From a virus, in IMG/VR virus record IMGVR_UViG_3300035158_000222, positions 1-64,000 of that record: 64,000 nt of DNA. One strand, written 5' to 3'. This document shows, piece after piece, positions 55,201-61,200 of the stretch; position 1 is the stretch's first letter; every line of letters starts with the position of its first letter. A model generated the notes under the pieces. It had not been told where the DNA came from, did no database searches, and saw only the letters and a program-made list of their open reading frames with translations. Made by a program: the position numbers and the translations under genes.

Positions 55201-58200
55201 AAGTTTGTGTTTCTCTAGCCACTTGATAATATTCTTGCCTGCCTCATTTCTACGATACAGACTGGTATTTTGTTCGATAAATATTTGTCCCTGCTTTGCC
55301 GCTAACTCCTTCGCAGGAATTTTTTCCGCTTCACTTTCGAGCCTGGCAAACTCTGCCTTATAGTCTTCTGCGAATTTAGCTATGTCTTTTCTCTGCTGCG
55401 TATTGCCATCGAAGTACATTCTAATAAGTTTATTCTCTATCTTGTTCGAGGTGACATCGAAGGTTATGTCCCTATTAGCTTTTATATTCAGATCAATCTC
55501 ATGAACAGCTTTCTCACTCGCCTTAGCAACATCATTGTAATTATCCATGGCACTCATCAGTTCCAGATCATTCTTATATTTAGCCAGCATTGATACTCTA
55601 TTTTTTGCTTCTCTCTTCGCGACCTCTTCTATACCGGTAATACCGCCAGCTATCTCGTAGTCTCCATTAACAAAAGACTTCTTGATTTCCGGCAGAATGT
55701 CAGACTGGAACTCATGGATAAACACATCGTCCCCGATCTTAAACTCGGCATACCAACCAATACCATTGTATCGCTTCTTTGCCTCGCGGATACCAAACCT
55801 GTGGGCATTGGTTATAACTGCATCATCGACAAACAGCCTGCGCTTGTACTCTATCGGAACCTTCTTCTTTTGTATATCTGTCATAGGCCCGATAGGAATA
55901 AGATTTTTAATTCCATACATTTCATGCCCAGTAACATCTACTACTCCAAGATCATATCTTTGTCTCAGCCAATTTCTGTATGCATCGGCAAGCTCTGATG
56001 CTGGCATGGACTTTTCCTTGGTTGTCTCCAATAGATCCTTCCTGAATAATTCCATGGCCTCAAGCTCGGCCTTCTTAATGCCCTCAAACTTAAATGGAGA
56101 TGTAAGGGCTATGGCAGTGTCCGGCTTCTTCTCACCTAGCCAGTCTACAAATTTATATTTAAGCTCGACAGGGTTCACTCTCTTAGATATGGCTTTCATG
56201 TCTGCGTCCTTTTGATTGAGCAGTTTTCTTTTTACTTTGAATCCGGAGAATGATCCGTCAGTAAGGGCCCTGTCAAGATTGTCAACCGTTCTGGTTCTTG
56301 GATTATACGGACCCTGTGGCAGCACATACATTCTATCTACATACATATCTGCTCTCTGTTCAGCAGTAAGGTTGGTACCCAGCTCACGCTCTATAGCATC
56401 ATCTACGGCAGAGTACTTTGCTGCATCGCCTATATCTACCTTACGTTTCTCGAGTGCAATAAGATTACCGATATCCTCCAGTGTAAGATCCGGCCTTAGT
56501 TCTCCTGGTCTGATCACTTCTCTCTTTCCAAACATAACATTAAAGTAATCGGCTACTCTATCCAGGAGCTCTCTGACTTTACTAATGAGTCTTTGTCCCG
56601 TAGTAAGGGAGATTTTATCGGCAGCATACCTACCGATTGCCTCGGCAATACCCTCCTTATAGAAGTCTTCACTCCCGACTTTGATCTCAGGATACTTCTT
56701 CTCAATGTATTTAAGTATCTCGCCCTCGGTATCTAGTTCCTTCTTGAGGGCTTTATAGAGATCAACATTCTCGCGAGAAATTACTTCTATGAATGGGTGA
56801 GCTATCTCATGGAATGGCGTTGAGGCCTTTGCGTAGGCACGGTTAATGTAGACCTGGCCATTTACGAATTGACCAGCCCATTTCATTTCCCTCCGATTAA
56901 TTACTTTTACCTTCACGCCGAATCTGCTTGCGACTTGATAAGACGCACTGTCTATCGCATACCTAGACATCTTCTTACCATAGGCCTGCTTCTCCAGCTT
57001 AGTCTTAGGCGGAGGGAGCAATAGAACCTCAGGCGGGGCCGGGTCTACGTTTATTGTCTTGGGCCTTCTTGCTTCCGGATCTCTTACGAATCTAACTATA
57101 TCAATAGCACCAAGTTCTTTCTTGGCGGCATAGAACGCAGCATTCCATTCCCGCAGCTTATCAAGATATTTCTCATAGGAAAGGATTTCTCTCGGGCTCT
57201 TGATATCTCTCAGCAGCGCTCCCACCTCTTCAGGCGTCAGCTTCTCGAACGCTTCCTCTCTGTCTACTTTATTTCTGTAGTCACGGGTCACGCGCTTACC
57301 ACCGCTTCTCTCGCGTCTTAGTCTGGTTGCCTCGCGGGCTATACCCTCCTCAGAGAGTCCTACTAACATTCTTTGTTCTATATCCGATAGTTCAGTAAAT
57401 TCCAACAGGAGCTCCATGGCAGTCTTAGTCTTCACGATGGATCCTGTCTCATCACGTATACCTACAATCGGAGTAGCCAGAGCCTTCTCAAAGTTCCTTA
57501 GATAGTACTCAGGATTCTCTGCAGCCTTAACCGGATCAACAGACTGTGAGATCAGGTGGATAGAGTCATTGGCTCGGAACCCAGAACCGGCAGGAAGTCT
57601 GTCCTCCAGGATCGCATATACGATTGGATCATACGTTCCCTTGGCACGGAGCCTTTGCATGATCTCGGCAGATGTAAGAGTTTCTTCTATCTTAGCTTGA
57701 GGTGCAAGAACTTCGAAGTGTGTATCTTCGACAAAGCTCGGATGCTCTCTCATGTAATTGATAATGGCACGCTCTTCCGCGCTGTCACCAAACCACGCGA
57801 ACTTCTTTCCATACCATGGGTTCGGCTTTCCCTTAGCATCAGTGGGATGCAGAATAATCTCCAGCTCTCTCGCCAGCTCAGGAGTTACAAAGTAGTCCTC
57901 TGAGACATGCTTCTGCTTAGAGATTCTTCTATCTGGAGTTACTCTGTCGACGAACTTAAGTTCGGGAACTGCCATCTTCTTTGCGTAGTCTTTGCCAACA
58001 TCCTGGAGTTTTTTCCACTCTACTCTTTTGGCTTCGTATGCTTTCTGCCACTTATCTATCGTGGCCTTGCTTCTCTTTTTCTTCTTGGCTATGTTTAGTT
58101 TCTCCTGAGTCACAAGCATATCTATCTTTGCCTGTGCCGCTCTTTGCTCCATTTCATTCAGCTTATCTATAACCGCTCTGTCTACAAGTCTGGGCTCAAG

Positions 58201-61200
58201 AACCTTCCAGACACGAGACCGCTGGTTATTCTCGAATACATCCTGCATGATCTTCGGGATAGATCTGGTTGTGGCACCGGGCTCCTTATCCATCTTCATT
58301 AGAATATCAAGGCCACCCTTTTGGATCTCCTTCGTGAACTTGTTGAACTTCTCCGTGAAGGCTTCCTTCGGGACCTTACGCCTCAGGATATAGGAAACTT
58401 GCTTGTTGAGTTTTCGCTCCGCGAACCAGAATTCATAATCATTCCATAGCTCAGACATCTTGCGCACTTGTTCGTCAGTGTACTTCTCAAAGCTCCAGCC
58501 CTTGTTGCCCCCCTCCTTCTCGGGCACCATACCAGGCCATTCCTTCAGCTTATCCTTTAGGGTAGTGAATTGATTAGCATCTTTAGTCTTATTTAATTCG
58601 AATTTAGTATACAGAGCAAACTCCTTCTTGGTAGTTTCGTATAGGGCAGCGTCAGTTCTGGCCTTCAGGATATCGTCCCTTCTGGTAACAGCCCACATCG
58701 TACCAAGAGTATTGAAGTTTCTAAGTAGTTCGTTAATATTCTGATCAGTTAAATATCTACCTCTCATTATCATCTCTACGATATTGTACGGAGCCTTCGG
58801 GAAGAACGCTGGCTTGTCACCGCCAAGTTTCATCAGGAAGTATACCAGCTCATCAGCCGGGGTAAGTTTGAACGGGGCATCCGGTCTGTCTATCCAGATC
58901 TTCTTCTCCCTGTCCCACATCTTGGTAACCTGATACGATCTGTCTAGAACATTCCTTAGCTTCGCGTATAGGTTAGGATTAGTATAGTATAGATTTTCTA
59001 ATCCGATAGCAGAGGAAAATACCAAGTCGACTTCGGGATCATACGGGGTGTACCTTCCTTCACCGATCTCATGAACACCGGTACGCTTCCACATTTCACG
59101 CACACCGGTCTTCGGATCTTTGATGCCGCCCTCGTAAGTTCTCTGTACAACATCCTGGATAGGATAAAGTTCGGACATTTGCTTTGTCCATACTACTTGC
59201 TTTTTATTTTTAACGACATCGAACTTGCCCAGTATGCTGGTAAGCTCTCCTCTCTGAGCGCTGTTCAGGAACTGATGGTACCACCCAACCTTCGGGTTTA
59301 GGTATGCTGTACGCAAAAGATTGTATACAACGACCGGCCCCATCTCACCTCTATTCTTGGCAGCCTCAACATACTCGATAATAGTTTTGGTCTTACCCTT
59401 TGATGTGGCAGTAAGTTTCCTTGTCTTAGGATCGAATTGGAACTTCTGATTCTTCTCAAAGAACAGTGTCTTCCAGTTATCAGATATCTTACCTATCGTA
59501 AACCGTCTTGAGTTCTCTATCTGCTGCTGTGCAATAGCTGTGAATGCACCAAGAAGATCTCCGGACAATCCCATTCTTGTCTTTCTTGTACGTCTGTACA
59601 TTACCCTGTACACGCCAGTATCAGGGTCCCTGAGGATCAGATTCTGATTATTTTTCCATAACGCCTGATCGTGTGGGTGAAGGGCACTGAAGTCGTCAGG
59701 AGTAATCCCGTAGAAGACAAAGTCATCAGTTACCTTTATCGGAACAGCCTGGTCTGCTTCAACCATTCTGCGGAAGAAGTCATCACGCTTCCTGTATATA
59801 TCAGCAGCCTCAACAGCTCTGTCTATTGATCCATGATATTTCTTTGGATAGTCTTCATAGAGTTTCTTCTTAACCCTGTCCAGCTCTTCGGTTGTTTTAA
59901 TCATACGTTCTCTTTTAATAACCTTACCGTCCTTGTCTACCTTCTCTATTACCCTGAACAGATCAAGTAATGCCTGTCGTCCAACCTTGTCCAAGTTTGC
60001 AACCTGCTCTCCATAGTAGACAAGTTCGAACCGCCCAAGGTTTCTGGATTCAAATATCCTCTGCCTGAATTCTTTCAGGAAGTTGTCCGGAGACACTATT
60101 ACTCCTACTCCTCGAGAGATGTTGTTCGGATCAAAGGCTTCACCATAAAGTCCGCGATTAAGTTCTACAACTTCATTGAACAAATCAGTATCAGCCTTGA
60201 TCTCATCACTGACAAGATCCTTAAGTTTGGTCTTATCCTTCTTCACGAGAACTCTTTTGTAATAGGTCTCCGGGAACATTTGCATCAATCGTCTGATGTC
60301 CTCTGTCGCCAGGCCCATAGTTTCGTTGAATTTCCAGAAGACATCTTCAGCATCTGCGCTGGCTCTGATAGGATCTGCAACGTACTCCCTGAGATAGTTC
60401 TTTACCCTGGTGGCCGGGAGGTCGAATTCCCCGGATACCTTAGCCACTGCTTCTATGAACTTAACTTCATTCTGCGCACGCAAAACTCCCAGCTCCTGAT
60501 CGGTTAACTGGGTAATCTTTTTTCCTTTGTACGGAAGTAGTTTAGCTAGTGAGATACCTCGCCACTTCATCGAAGCAACGGTTAAGGTATTGAGATTTAT
60601 CTTATTGGGCTCAAAAGTTGTTAAGAGTTCACGGAATGTTGTCGCATCCTGCGGGGAGTAGAACCTCTCGGTCGGAACTTTCCCCTTCCGGATAACGTTA
60701 TCCAGGCTCCAGATAAATTCGAATGTCCCGAGCGCGGCGCGCTTAAATCCTGTGCGCTCTGCATCGTCAAGAAGCTTGTATGCGATCTTCTGTCCCAGTG
60801 GTCTCATCAATCTTCTTGTCCCCCTACCAACCGGATACCACAATAGATCAATGGGGTCAGTCACAATCATCAAGGCTTCATCGAGAAGCTCAGTAAAAAC
60901 AGGATAGTTGTTCTGCAACTTAACCCTGGTCTGGTCATTAAGTATGTTTAGGAATGATATATCGTCCTCTCTTGTGATAGGAATCTTGATCTCTGTACCG
61001 GCCGGTATCTTTGTAATATCTTTGATTCCCATTGCATACAGGTCATTACGCATTTGAATATCAGCAATGATCTTCATTCTGTCAGGACCGGCAGGCACTA
61101 TATCCATGAGGCTGCCTTCTTTTTCAAACCTATATTTAAACTCGTTGCGCGCGTCACGCATCCAGTTGTATGTCTTCTCCCAGTTCTTCATGATCTGCGG

